Position numbers and translations under genes: made by a program. From contig JASGJN010000010.1 in the NCBI GenBank assembly GCA_049840735.1, forward strand, positions 34,242 to 98,241: a DNA stretch of 64,000 nt, written 5' to 3'. The notes beneath the pieces were generated by a model. That model did not search any database, was not told where the DNA came from, and saw nothing but the letters and a program-made list of their open reading frames with translations. The DNA comes from Anaeromyxobacter sp. Its GTDB lineage: Bacteria > Myxococcota > Myxococcia > Myxococcales > Anaeromyxobacteraceae. Below are positions 52,160-61,881 of this stretch, piece after piece (position 1 is the stretch's first letter; each line of letters starts with the position of its first letter).

Positions 52160-53005
52160 ATGGCCTGGTTCTCCAAGCAGAAGAAGCTCAAGACCAAGGA
52201 CCCCGCCTCGGCGCCCCGGACCGACGCGGAGGGGATCTGGTTCAAGTGCGAGGCCTGCGGCGAGGTGGTGCCGCGCGCCGAGTTCGAGCGCGCCTTCAAC
52301 GTCTGCCCGCGGTGCGGCCAGCACGAAGCGCTCCCGGCCCGGCGCCGGCTGGAGCTGGTGCTCGACGCCGGCTCCTTCCAGGAGCTGGACGCCGAGCTCA
52401 CCCCGCAGGATCCGCTCGGGTTCGTGGACTCCAAGAAGTACCGCGACCGGCTCAAGGCCATCTTCAAGAACAGCGGCCTGCGCGACGCCTTCATCTCCGG
52501 CGTGGGCAGCATCGCCGGCCAGCCGGTCTCGCTGGGCGCCTTCGCCTTCGAGTTCATGGGCGGCTCGATGGGCTCGGTGGTGGGCGAGAAGGTGGCGCGG
52601 GTCTTCGACCGCGCCTGGGAGCGGCGCATCCCCGCCATCGTCTTCAGCTCCAGCGGCGGCGCGCGCATGCAGGAGGGGATCTTCTCCCTCATGCAGATGG
52701 CCAAGACCTCCGCCGCCATCCAGCGCTTCCGGGCGGTCCGCAAGCCCTACGTCTCGGTGCTGCTGCACCCCACCACCGGCGGCGTGGCCGCCTCCTTCGC
52801 CTGGCTGGGCGACGTCGTGATCGCCGAGCCCAAGGCGCTGATCGGCTTCGCCGGGCCGCGCGTGATCGAGCAGACCATCCGCGAGAAGCTGCCCGCCGGG
52901 TTCCAGCGCAGCGAGTTCCTGCTGGAGCACGGGATGATCGACGCCATCGTGCCGCGCCCCGAGCTGCGCGACCGGCTGGGCCAGCTGATCGGCCTGATGG
53001 GCTGA
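52160..53005 (+). CDS. accD: acetyl-CoA carboxylase carboxyltransferase beta subunit
   Basis: CEAC/CPRC zinc finger, FMGGSMG, SGGARMQEG, PTTGGVAASFA, GFAGPRVIEQT. Confidence 0.96.
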   Translation: MAWFSKQKKLKTKDPASAPRTDAEGIWFKCEACGEVVPRAEFERAFNVCPRCGQHEALPARRRLELVLDAGSFQELDAELTPQDPLGFVDSKKYRDRLKAIFKNSGLRDAFISGVGSIAGQPVSLGAFAFEFMGGSMGSVVGEKVARVFDRAWERRIPAIVFSSSGGARMQEGIFSLMQMAKTSAAIQRFRAVRKPYVSVLLHPTTGGVAASFAWLGDVVIAEPKALIGFAGPRVIEQTIREKLPAGFQRSEFLLEHGMIDAIVPRPELRDRLGQLIGLMG

Positions 53006-53015
53006 GGGGGCTCCG

Positions 53016-54221
53016 GTGGATCCCCACGGCTACCTGGCGGCGCTGCAGCCGCTGGCCATGCGCTTCGGCCTGGAGCGGATGGTGCGGGCCCTGGACGCGC
53101 TGGGCCACCCGGAGCGGCGCTACGCCGTGCTGCACGTGGGCGGCACCAACGGCAAGGGCTCCACCTGCGCCATGGCCGAGGCGGCGCTGCGCCGCGCCGG
53201 CCACCGGGTGGGCCTCTACACCTCGCCGCACCTGGTCCGCTTCAACGAACGGATCGCCGTGGACGGCCAGGTCATCGACGACGCCCGCCTGGAGGCGCGC
53301 ATCGCCGCGCTGCGCGACGCCTGCCCCTGGCACGAGGCCGGCGGGCCGGAGGACCGGCTCACCTACTTCGAGTTCGCCACGCTGCTGGCCCTGCTCGACT
53401 TCGCCGAGCAGGGGGTGGACGCGGCGGTGGTGGAGGTGGGGCTGGGCGGTCGCTTCGACGCCACCAACGCGGTCAGGCCGGCGGTGACCGCCATCGCCCG
53501 CATCGGCCTCGACCACACGCAGCTGCTGGGCGACACGGTGGAGGCCATCGCCGCCGAGAAGGCGGGCATCTTCAAGCCGGGCGTGCCGGCCGTGGTGCAC
53601 GGGCAGCAGCCGGCCGGGGCGCTGGAGGTGCTGCGCCAGGAGGCGGAGCGCCGCGGCGCGCCGCTCACGGTGGCGCCGGAGCGCTGGGACGGGCCGGTCG
53701 GGCTGGCCGGGCCGCACCAGCGCGGCAACGCGGCGCTGGCGGCCGCGGCGCTGCGGGCGCTGGCGGGGCAGGGGGTGCGGCTGGCCGAGGCGGACGTGGC
53801 CGGGGGCATCGCCGCGGCGCGCTGGGCGGGTCGGCTGGAGGCCGTGGGCGGCGTGCTGCTGGACGGCGCCCACAACCCGCAGGGCGCGGCGGCGCTGGCG
53901 GCGGCCCTCCCGGCGCTGCACCCGGGCCGGCCGGTGGAGCTGGTGTTCGGCGTGCTCAGCGACAAGGACGATCGAGCCATGCTGGCCGCCCTGGCGCCCG
54001 CGGTCCGCCGCCTCCACCTGCTGGCGCCCCACACGCCCCGGGCGCGCCCGGCCGCCGAGGTGCAGGCGCTCGCCCGCTCGCTGGGGATCGAGGCCGACCT
54101 CCACGTGGACCTCATCGGGGCGCTGGCGTGCGCCCGGCAGGCCGCCGGCGGGGACGGGCTGGTGTGCGTGGCCGGCTCGCTCTACCTGGTGGGCGAGGCC
54201 CGGGAGCTGTTGCAGAGGTAG
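53016..54221 (+). CDS. folC: folylpolyglutamate synthase/dihydrofolate synthase
   Basis: HVGGTNGKGST, YTSPHL, EVGLGGRFDATN, LDGAHNP, AGSLYLVG. Confidence 0.95.
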   Translation: MDPHGYLAALQPLAMRFGLERMVRALDALGHPERRYAVLHVGGTNGKGSTCAMAEAALRRAGHRVGLYTSPHLVRFNERIAVDGQVIDDARLEARIAALRDACPWHEAGGPEDRLTYFEFATLLALLDFAEQGVDAAVVEVGLGGRFDATNAVRPAVTAIARIGLDHTQLLGDTVEAIAAEKAGIFKPGVPAVVHGQQPAGALEVLRQEAERRGAPLTVAPERWDGPVGLAGPHQRGNAALAAAALRALAGQGVRLAEADVAGGIAAARWAGRLEAVGGVLLDGAHNPQGAAALAAALPALHPGRPVELVFGVLSDKDDRAMLAALAPAVRRLHLLAPHTPRARPAAEVQALARSLGIEADLHVDLIGALACARQAAGGDGLVCVAGSLYLVGEARELLQR

Positions 54222-54309
54222 GTAGATATCGGCCTGGAAGCGCTCGGCTTTTTTTGGGTCCCGGGCTCCCCGTGCTATCGTCCCGGCGACCTTCCAGCGG
54301 AGCCCCTCG

Positions 54310-55674
54310 ATGCGTTCACGCCTCCTCCCGCTCGCCGCCCTGCTCGCCCTGTCTACCCACGCGGGCGCAGGGGAGCTCAACGTCATCCGCTCCGTCGAGG
54401 TGAAGGACGAGGGCGGCTCGGTGGTGGTCTCGGTGAAGGGGAGCCAGCGCCCGAGCTTCACCACGTTCGCGATGGCCGACCCGCCGCGCTTCGTCCTCGA
54501 CTTCTCCGAGTCGCGCTTCGACGGCGTCCAGGAGCAGATGAAGGTCGGGGACGCGACCGTCGCCAGCATCCAGAACCTCTCCTACGGCTCCGACGCCAGC
54601 GCCATCGCGCGCGTGATGATCACCTTCACCGCCGACGTGGATCCGCCGGAGGTGGTGGACGCCGGCGACCAGCTGCTGATCAAGGTCGTCCGTCCCGGCG
54701 TCGCGCCGCAGGCCGTGGCCGCTGCGCCGGCCGCCGAGCCGGCCCCTGCCGAGCCGACCCCCGCCGCCCAGGCCGCGCCTGCCGCCCAGGCCGCGCCCGT
54801 CGTCGAGGAGACGCCGGCTGCGGTCGCCCCGGCGGCCGCCCCGGTCGCGCCCGCCGCCAGCGCCGCCGCGCCCGCTGCCACCTCCAGCGCCGCCGCTCCG
54901 GCCGCGGCCGTCGCCGCCGCTGCCTCGGCCGGCGAGTCGAACACCTCCGCGCAGGTCGAGTCGTCCGACGCGCTGCCCGAGCCGCAGGCCGCCCCCGCCG
55001 CGGCCGCCGCGGCCGAAGCCACCCCGCAGTCCCAGGCGGACGCCGAGGCCGACAGCCTGGCCGCCGACGACGAGGCGCTGGCCGAGAAGTCGGAGGCCCA
55101 GCGCCGCGCCGACGAGGCCCAGGCCCGCCTGGACGCCCAGCCCAGGCCGGCCCCCGCCGCCGCCGCCCCCGCCGCCGTGGCCGCCGTGGCCGCCACGCCC
55201 CCCCCGCCGCCGCCTGCCGCCGTGGCGGTCGCCCCGGCCGCCGCGAGCCGCCCGGAGCGGCTGGAGGCCGACGGCGCGCCCGACGTCAAGCTGCGCGAGG
55301 TGGGCTTCAAGCAGCTGGCCGGCGTCTCCCGCGTCTTCATCCGCACCACCGCCACCCCGCGCTTCTCCGTCCAGGACGCCGGCGAGGACGTGGTCCGGAT
55401 CGAGCTCGAGAACACCCGCGTCGACCGGGTCAACGACCTGCGCTTCCTGGACACCTCCTTCTTCTCCTCGGCCGTGACCCGCATCACGCCGCGCCGGGAG
55501 GGGGGCAGCTACGTGCTGGAGGTGAAGCTGCGCCAGCGCGTGCCGTACCAGCAGAAGATCGAGGGCGACGTCCTGGCCCTGGACTTCGAGCGGCCCGCCG
55601 CGGCTGCGGCCCCGGCCGCTCCGGGGGCCCCGGCGGACGATGGTGTGCAGACGGAGGACACGGCCGCCCCGTAG
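54310..55674 (+). CDS. periplasmic protein with two AMIN-like domains and an Ala/Pro-rich linker
   Basis: signal peptide; FAMADPPRFVLDF AMIN-like motif; second beta-rich domain at the C-terminus. Confidence 0.78.
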   Translation: MRSRLLPLAALLALSTHAGAGELNVIRSVEVKDEGGSVVVSVKGSQRPSFTTFAMADPPRFVLDFSESRFDGVQEQMKVGDATVASIQNLSYGSDASAIARVMITFTADVDPPEVVDAGDQLLIKVVRPGVAPQAVAAAPAAEPAPAEPTPAAQAAPAAQAAPVVEETPAAVAPAAAPVAPAASAAAPAATSSAAAPAAAVAAAASAGESNTSAQVESSDALPEPQAAPAAAAAAEATPQSQADAEADSLAADDEALAEKSEAQRRADEAQARLDAQPRPAPAAAAPAAVAAVAATPPPPPPAAVAVAPAAASRPERLEADGAPDVKLREVGFKQLAGVSRVFIRTTATPRFSVQDAGEDVVRIELENTRVDRVNDLRFLDTSFFSSAVTRITPRREGGSYVLEVKLRQRVPYQQKIEGDVLALDFERPAAAAAPAAPGAPADDGVQTEDTAAP

Positions 55675-55695
55675 CGCGGTATCCTCCGCGCCGCC

Positions 55696-58218
55696 GTGAC
55701 CCCATCCGCCGCCCTCCGCGCGGCCGTGCTCCTGGCCGCGCTGGCCGGGGGTGCGGACGCAGCCCTCGCCGCCGACCCCGCTGCGGCCAGCGCCCCGCCG
55801 GCCCCGCCGGCGCAGGGGCAGGTCCTGCCCGAGCCGCCCGGCGGCACCGGACCGGTGCGCGTCGAGGCCGGCGAGACGGTCTGGCATGGCGAGACCGGGC
55901 TGTGGGAGTTCAGGGGCGGCGTGGTGGCCCGGCGCGGCGCCATCACCCTGCGCGCCCGCGCGGCCTCGCTCGATCCAGCGACCGACGAGCTGCTGGCCAC
56001 CGGCGACGTGGTCCTTGCCGACCCGACGCGCGTCATCGCCGCGGACGAGGTGCGGGCGGTGCTGGACGGGCCGTTCCACGCCTCCGGCGTGGTGGCCTAC
56101 CTCAAGGAGTCCCCTACCGAGCTGGGCGGCGTGGAGGGGAAGGACCAGGCCCGGGTGACGGGCCGGAACCGGCTCTCGTTCACCGGCAAGGCCCTCGACG
56201 GCGACGCCGAGGGGCACCTGCGGGCCGAGGACATGCGGGTGAGCCTGTGCGACTGCGGCCCCGGCCAGCCGCCGTCCTGGGAGCTGCGGGCCAGCCGCGC
56301 CGACGTGATCCCGGGCGACCGCGTGGTGCTCGACTGGCCGGTGCTCTACGTCACCCCGCGCCTCGTCGGCGTGAAGAAGCCGGTGCCGGTGCTGGTGGTG
56401 CCCTGGATGTACCTGCCGCTGGGTGATCGTCACACCGGCCTGCTGGCCACCCAGATCAACTCCACCGGCGCCACCGGGTTCTCGCTGGCCCAGCCGCTCT
56501 TCGTGACGCTGGGGCGCAGCGCCGACACGACCATCACCCCGGAGTACATGTTCGGCCGCTCGCGCAGCCAGGTGGAGGACGGCAAGCCGGCGGTGCGCGG
56601 CTTCGGCGCCCGCCTCGAGCTGCGCTGGGCGCCGGCCGACGGGGCCGAGGGTCAGATCGAGGCCCACGGCGTGAACGACCTCGACGACGAGCCCAGCGGC
56701 GCGGGCGGCGGCCGGCTCTCGCTCATCGGCTATCACACGCAGCGGCTGGGGGACTCGACCCGCCTGCGCGTGGCCGGCGCGCTCTCCACGGATCCGGTCT
56801 GGTACCGCGACTTCACCAGCGACGTGCTGCTCAAGGGCGGCACCTACGCGCGCTCGCAGGTGCTCGTCTCGCACAAGGCCGAGGCCTGGGTGCTGGAGGG
56901 GACCGCGGCCTACTACCAGCCGCTCACGCCGGAAGGCTGGACGACCCCGCACGGCGACTACGGCACCTTCGGCGGGGACGTGCCGGTGGCCCACCGCTGG
57001 CCCTCGCTGGCGGCCACGCTGCTGCCGGTGGGCGTGGGGCCGTTCCTGGCGCAGGGGCGGGCGGGGCTGGCCCGCTTCGCCACGCTCTCCGGCGAGGTGG
57101 GCGAGCTGGGCCCGGGCGATCCGGGCTGGCTCCACAACGTGACCACGAAACCCGGGATGCCGGGCGGCGAGTGGAGGCAGGCCCATCGCCCCGCGGTGAA
57201 CCGCGCCGACGCGCGGCTGCAGCTCTCCTGGCCCATGCGCCTGGGCGGCGCGCTCTCCTTCGACCCCTTCGTGCGCGGCGTCGGCGTCGGCTACCTCCCG
57301 GACGACGGTGAGTCCGCCTACGGCGGCTGGGCGGCCTACGGCGCCAGCGCCTCGTTCGCGCTCTCGCGCAGCGGCGGCGGCCTGGAGCACCGGATCGAGC
57401 CGCGGGTGGAGTACCTGGGCGGCACCGCCGAGGCGCTCCACGGCGAGGTCCCGCTGGCCGCCGGCGACCAGTGGGATCGCCTCGCGCCAGGCGTCACCAT
57501 CGGCGGCCAGCCGGTGCTGCAGCGGCTCTCGGCGGCGCCGCCGGAGGCCTACCAGCAGCTGCGGCTGGCGCTGGTGAACCGGCTCGACGCCGGCGCCGGC
57601 GGCCACCTGCAGCTGGAGCTGGCGCAGGACCTGGATCTGCGCCGCGGCACGCTGGCCGAGACGACGGTGCGCGGCTCGGGCGCCAAGGGGCCGCTGCTGG
57701 GCGATCTGGACCTGCGCTTCCTGCCGCGCGGCTCGCGCTCGCAGGAGGCGCCGCCGGCGGCGTATGACTCACCGCTCGATCGCTTCACGCAGCTGCGCGG
57801 GAGCCTGGGGCTGGTGGACCGCCGCGGCGACGAGGCCCGGGCCACGCTGGTCGCCGTGGGCCCCGGCGGCTCGGGCATCAACATGGCCGGCCCGGACGCG
57901 CTGTTCGACCTGCGCCCGGCCGCCATCGACGGCGTCTCGCAGGGCACCCTGGCGCTGCGCGGCGTGCTGGGCGGCGCCACGCTCGGCTACGACGCGCTGG
58001 TGCCGGCGCGCCCCCTGGACGTGGCCCGCTGCACCGGCAGCGGCACGCGCAAGATCGAGGCCTGGCACATCCAGCAGCACGCGGCGACCATGGTCTGGAA
58101 CTCGCCCTGCCGCTGCTTCGTGGCCAAGCTGGTGCTCCGCGTGAACGACTGCGGCGACCCGTCCTATTCGGCCACCATCGATCTGTCGCAGCTGATGGAG
58201 CGCGCCACCATCCGCTGA
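55696..58218 (+). CDS. lptD: LPS-assembly protein LptD-like outer-membrane barrel
   Basis: signal peptide, OstA-like beta-jellyroll, SLCDC..PPSWELRA, GDRHTGLL, HRIEPRVEY, C-terminal SPCRCF. Confidence 0.72.
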   Translation: MTPSAALRAAVLLAALAGGADAALAADPAAASAPPAPPAQGQVLPEPPGGTGPVRVEAGETVWHGETGLWEFRGGVVARRGAITLRARAASLDPATDELLATGDVVLADPTRVIAADEVRAVLDGPFHASGVVAYLKESPTELGGVEGKDQARVTGRNRLSFTGKALDGDAEGHLRAEDMRVSLCDCGPGQPPSWELRASRADVIPGDRVVLDWPVLYVTPRLVGVKKPVPVLVVPWMYLPLGDRHTGLLATQINSTGATGFSLAQPLFVTLGRSADTTITPEYMFGRSRSQVEDGKPAVRGFGARLELRWAPADGAEGQIEAHGVNDLDDEPSGAGGGRLSLIGYHTQRLGDSTRLRVAGALSTDPVWYRDFTSDVLLKGGTYARSQVLVSHKAEAWVLEGTAAYYQPLTPEGWTTPHGDYGTFGGDVPVAHRWPSLAATLLPVGVGPFLAQGRAGLARFATLSGEVGELGPGDPGWLHNVTTKPGMPGGEWRQAHRPAVNRADARLQLSWPMRLGGALSFDPFVRGVGVGYLPDDGESAYGGWAAYGASASFALSRSGGGLEHRIEPRVEYLGGTAEALHGEVPLAAGDQWDRLAPGVTIGGQPVLQRLSAAPPEAYQQLRLALVNRLDAGAGGHLQLELAQDLDLRRGTLAETTVRGSGAKGPLLGDLDLRFLPRGSRSQEAPPAAYDSPLDRFTQLRGSLGLVDRRGDEARATLVAVGPGGSGINMAGPDALFDLRPAAIDGVSQGTLALRGVLGGATLGYDALVPARPLDVARCTGSGTRKIEAWHIQQHAATMVWNSPCRCFVAKLVLRVNDCGDPSYSATIDLSQLMERATIR

Positions 58219-58351
58219 CGCGGTGCGTGGCGCTGCTCCGCGCGGGTACGCGCAGCTCGCACACGGATCGTGTGAGCCCGATCGGGGCCCAGGGCTGGAA
58301 TGGGCACGGCAGGGGTTGCCGCGACGTGAACCCCGACCGGAGAATCCTCCG

Positions 58352-59038
58352 ATGACCGACCGCGCTCGACAGGGCCGCGGGGCGCCCCGCAGCGCTCCGC
58401 CGGTGGAGGGCGAGCCAGAGAAGCGGAGGGCCATCCTGCACGCCGCGGTGAGGGTGTTCGCCGACAAGGGCTACCACGGCTGCCGCATCGCCGACGTGGC
58501 CCGCGCCGCCAACGTCGCGTACGGCCTCGTCTACCACTACTTCAAGAACAAGGACGAGCTGCTCGAGAGCGTCTTCGCCGAGCAGTGGACCATCCTCACC
58601 ACGGCGCTGGCCTCCATCGGCGCGGGGCCTGGGACGGCCGCGGACAAGATCGCCGGCCTGTTCGGCTTCGTGTTCGACGTCTACAAGACGGCGCCCGCGG
58701 CGGTCCGGGTGCTGATCCTCGAGGTCACGCGCACGCCCCAGGGGCTGCGCGCCGGCTCGACCCGCGAGACCTTCGAGCGGGCGGTGCAGCTGGTGGCGGA
58801 CATCGTCCGCGAGGGGCAGGCGCGCGGCGAGCTGCGGCCGGAGGTGGACCCGGTCATCGCGGCCACCGGCATCCTGGGCCAGATGGAGCTGGCGCTGTCG
58901 GGCATGGTGGTCGGGCTGGTGCCGGCCGGCTCCGAAGAGGCCATCGATCGGGTGAAGGGCCAGGTGATCGGCCTGGCCCTGGGCGGCCTGCGCGGAGATG
59001 CGCGGCCCCCGAAGAGCGTCGACGTCAGCCTTCGTTGA
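58352..59038 (+). CDS. TetR/AcrR family regulator
   Basis: ILHAAVRVFADKGYHGCRIADVARAANVAYGLVYHYFKNKDELL. Confidence 0.93.
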   Translation: MTDRARQGRGAPRSAPPVEGEPEKRRAILHAAVRVFADKGYHGCRIADVARAANVAYGLVYHYFKNKDELLESVFAEQWTILTTALASIGAGPGTAADKIAGLFGFVFDVYKTAPAAVRVLILEVTRTPQGLRAGSTRETFERAVQLVADIVREGQARGELRPEVDPVIAATGILGQMELALSGMVVGLVPAGSEEAIDRVKGQVIGLALGGLRGDARPPKSVDVSLR

Positions 59039-59147
59039 CGCCACAAGGGGCCGCTGCTAACTCCCACGTCCCCCTTCCAAGCACCGCGCGGGCCCCCCGC
59101 GCATCGACCGCGCGGGCCGGGGCCCGCGCCACATCAGAGGTAACGAC

Positions 59148-60734
59148 ATGACCGCCCGCGTCCTCGTCTCCGACGACCTCTCGCCCGAGGCCGTCCGAAT
59201 CCTCCAGCAGGCCGGCCTCGCCGTGGACGTGAAGGTAGGGCTCAAGCCCGACCAGCTCGAGGCCATCATCGGCGAGTACGAGGGCCTGGCGGTGCGCAGC
59301 GCCACCAAGGTGACCGCCAAGCTGCTGGAGAAGGCGGGCAAGCTCCGGGTCATCGGGCGCGCCGGCGTGGGCGTGGACAACGTGGACCTCGACGCCGCCA
59401 CCCGCCGCGGCGTGGTGGTGATGAACACCCCCGGCGGCTCCTCCACCACCGTGGCCGAGCTGGCGCTGGCCATGATCCTCTCCCTCTCGCGCCACGTGCC
59501 GGCCGCCACGGTCAGCGTCAAGGCCGGCAAGTGGGAGAAGAAGAAGTTCCAGGGGCACGAGGTGGCCGGGAAGACGCTGGGCGTGGTGGGCATCGGCAAC
59601 ATCGGCTCGGTGCTGGTGGACCGCGCCCTGGCCATGAAGATGAAGGTCATCGCCTACGATCCGTTCATCTCGGCCGAGGCCGCCGCCAAGCTGGGCGTGA
59701 CGCTGGTGGAGCTCGAGGCGCTCTGGGGCCAAGCGGACGTGATCTCGCTCCACGTGCCGCTCACCGAGCAGACCCGCAACCTGGTCAACGCGCAGGTGCT
59801 GGCCAAGGTGAAGAAGGGCGCCATCCTGGTGAACTGCGCCCGCGGCGGGATCGTGGACGAGAAGGCCCTGGCCGACGCGCTCGCCTCCGGCCACCTGGGC
59901 GGCGCGGCGCTGGACGTGTTCGACAAGGAGCCGCCGGCCGCCGACCACCCGCTCTTCAAATTCGACAACTTCGCCTGCACGCCGCACCTGGGCGCCTCCA
60001 CCGAGGAGGCCCAGGTGGCCGTGGCGATCGCCATCGCCGAGCAGGTGGCCGCCTACCTCCAGCACGGCGTGGTGAAGAACGCCGTCAACGTCCCGGGCCT
60101 GCCCCGCGAGGTGATGGAGCAGCTCGCCCCCTACCTGCCGCTGGTCGAGAAGCTGGGCTCGCTGGCCGCGCAGCTCGCGCCCTCCGGCCCGACCGAGGTG
60201 ACGCTCGAGGTGGCCGGCGAGCTGGCCTCGGTGCCGCTCCGCCCGCTCTCCAGCCGCGCGCTGGTCGGAGCGCTGCGCCACTTCCTGGAGACGCCGGTCA
60301 ACGAGGTGAACGCGCCGGCCATCGCCCGCGATCGCGGCCTGGTGGTGCGCGAGGTCTCCTCGGCCGAGCCGCACGACTACGCCAGCCTGGTGACCCTGCG
60401 CATCAAGGGGCAGGGGGGCGAGGTGGCGGTGGCCGGCACGGTGTACGGCAAGCACGAGGCGCGCATCGTCCGCGTGGACGGCTTCCGCATGGAGGCGGTG
60501 CCGGAGGGCGACGTCATCCTCTGCGAGAACGACGACGCGCCGGGCGTGGTGGGCAACCTGGGCGGCTCGCTGGGCGCCGCCGGCGTGAACATCGCCCGCA
60601 TCTCGCTCTCCCGCCTGGAGGACCGCTCCCGGGCGGTCGCCTTCCTGAACGTGGACTCGGCGCCCACGCAGGAGGTGCTGGAGCGCCTGCGCAAGCTGCC
60701 GCACGTCCGGGTGGTCCGGGCCATCAAGATTTAG
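59148..60734 (+). CDS. serA: D-3-phosphoglycerate dehydrogenase with ASB and ACT domains
   Basis: GRAGVGVDNVD, GIGNIG, NCARGG, TPHLGASTEEAQ, DAPGVVG. Confidence 0.96.
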   Translation: MTARVLVSDDLSPEAVRILQQAGLAVDVKVGLKPDQLEAIIGEYEGLAVRSATKVTAKLLEKAGKLRVIGRAGVGVDNVDLDAATRRGVVVMNTPGGSSTTVAELALAMILSLSRHVPAATVSVKAGKWEKKKFQGHEVAGKTLGVVGIGNIGSVLVDRALAMKMKVIAYDPFISAEAAAKLGVTLVELEALWGQADVISLHVPLTEQTRNLVNAQVLAKVKKGAILVNCARGGIVDEKALADALASGHLGGAALDVFDKEPPAADHPLFKFDNFACTPHLGASTEEAQVAVAIAIAEQVAAYLQHGVVKNAVNVPGLPREVMEQLAPYLPLVEKLGSLAAQLAPSGPTEVTLEVAGELASVPLRPLSSRALVGALRHFLETPVNEVNAPAIARDRGLVVREVSSAEPHDYASLVTLRIKGQGGEVAVAGTVYGKHEARIVRVDGFRMEAVPEGDVILCENDDAPGVVGNLGGSLGAAGVNIARISLSRLEDRSRAVAFLNVDSAPTQEVLERLRKLPHVRVVRAIKI

Positions 60735-60997
60735 GAGAGGCCTCGGACCCCACAGGTGGTCAGGCCTCAGGAGAGGCGCAGCGAGGCCAACCTGGCCGGC
60801 TCGGCGGATCCGCGGGCTCACCGCGGAGATCCGCTTTGCTCTTCCTGAAGCTCGATTCGAGGCCTTGCCTGGGGCCCGAATCCTGGGGCCTGGCGCGGCC
60901 GCCGCCGTCGGCGCGCCCACGTACCCACCGTGCACGCGCCCCCGACCGTCCGCACCTTTCGGAGGGGAGGGGCGCGAGCGCCCTGGGGAGGAATGGC

Positions 60998-61750
60998 ATG
61001 GCGACGACGATGGAGAGGGCGGGGGAGCGGGCGCTGCCGCGGCTGTCGTGGGGACCGATCATTGCGGGCGTGCTCCTCTCGCTGGCGGCGCACGTGGTGC
61101 TGGGGCTCGTCGGCGCGGCGCTGGGGATGGCTGCCGAGCCGGCCGACTCGGGCGGCCTGGGGGCCGCGGCGGCCATCTGGGCGCTGCTGACGCCCTTCGT
61201 GGCCACGCTGCTGGGCGCCTGGCTGGCCTGCCGCCTGGCGGCGCGCGAGGACACGGCCGGCACCAACCTGCACGGCGTGATGGTCTGGTGCATCGGCCTG
61301 CTGGCCGGCGCGCTGTTCCTGACCGGGACGGCGGCGTCGAGCGCCGTGGTGGCCGGGACGGCCGCCTCGGGCAACGCCGGCGCGCTGATGCGCAACCTGG
61401 GCGCGCCCGACACGCGCGGGCCGGTGGCCGAGGCGCGGGCGGACGAGGCCGGCAAGCGCGGTGCGGCCCTGGCGGGCGGCGCGGCCATGGCGGCGCTGTG
61501 CGGGCTCCTGGGCGCCTTCGCCGGCGCGGGCATCGCCCGCGCGCGCCGCGAGGGCCGCGGCCTGGGCTGGAAGATCGCCATCCAGCGGGCCGGGCACCAC
61601 GAGGCCGGGCGGCCCATGCCGGCGCCTGGCCTGGGCGCGCGCGAGCGCGGCTACGACAAGGGGCTGCCGGGCGGCGTGGGCGGCGTGGAGCGTGGCTATC
61701 CGGCCGGGCCGGACGAGCGGCCGGCGCCCGCTGATCCGTATCATCACTGA
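60998..61750 (+). CDS. hypothetical membrane protein
   Basis: RLSWGPIIAG, LHGVMVW, about four TM helices; GAGGA RBS. Confidence 0.7.
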   Translation: MATTMERAGERALPRLSWGPIIAGVLLSLAAHVVLGLVGAALGMAAEPADSGGLGAAAAIWALLTPFVATLLGAWLACRLAAREDTAGTNLHGVMVWCIGLLAGALFLTGTAASSAVVAGTAASGNAGALMRNLGAPDTRGPVAEARADEAGKRGAALAGGAAMAALCGLLGAFAGAGIARARREGRGLGWKIAIQRAGHHEAGRPMPAPGLGARERGYDKGLPGGVGGVERGYPAGPDERPAPADPYHH

Positions 61751-61764
61751 CTCTCGGCGCGGTG

Positions 61765-61854
61765 GGGCCCCAGGCCCCAGGCCTCGGGCCCCAGCCTGCG
61801 TCGCTTGCTTCTCCTGACGCCTGGGGCCTCAAGCCTGAGGCCTTCGCCTGGCCT
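61765..61854. repeat. period-7 short tandem repeats arranged as an imperfect inverted pair
   Basis: GGGCCCC AGGCCCC AGGCCTC GGGCCCC ... CCTGACG CCTGGGG CCTCAAG CCTGAGG. Confidence 0.65.
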
Positions 61855-61881
61855 CGTTTTGCTGTACAGTGCCGCCCCGCG

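Noticed and set aside
45755..57606. Very long shadow ORFs (45755-49138 minus, 45946-49293 plus, 54316-57606 minus) and similar ones elsewhere
   Set aside because: They overlap well-supported genes and have the Arg/Gly/Ala/Pro-rich composition expected of non-coding frames in high-GC DNA.
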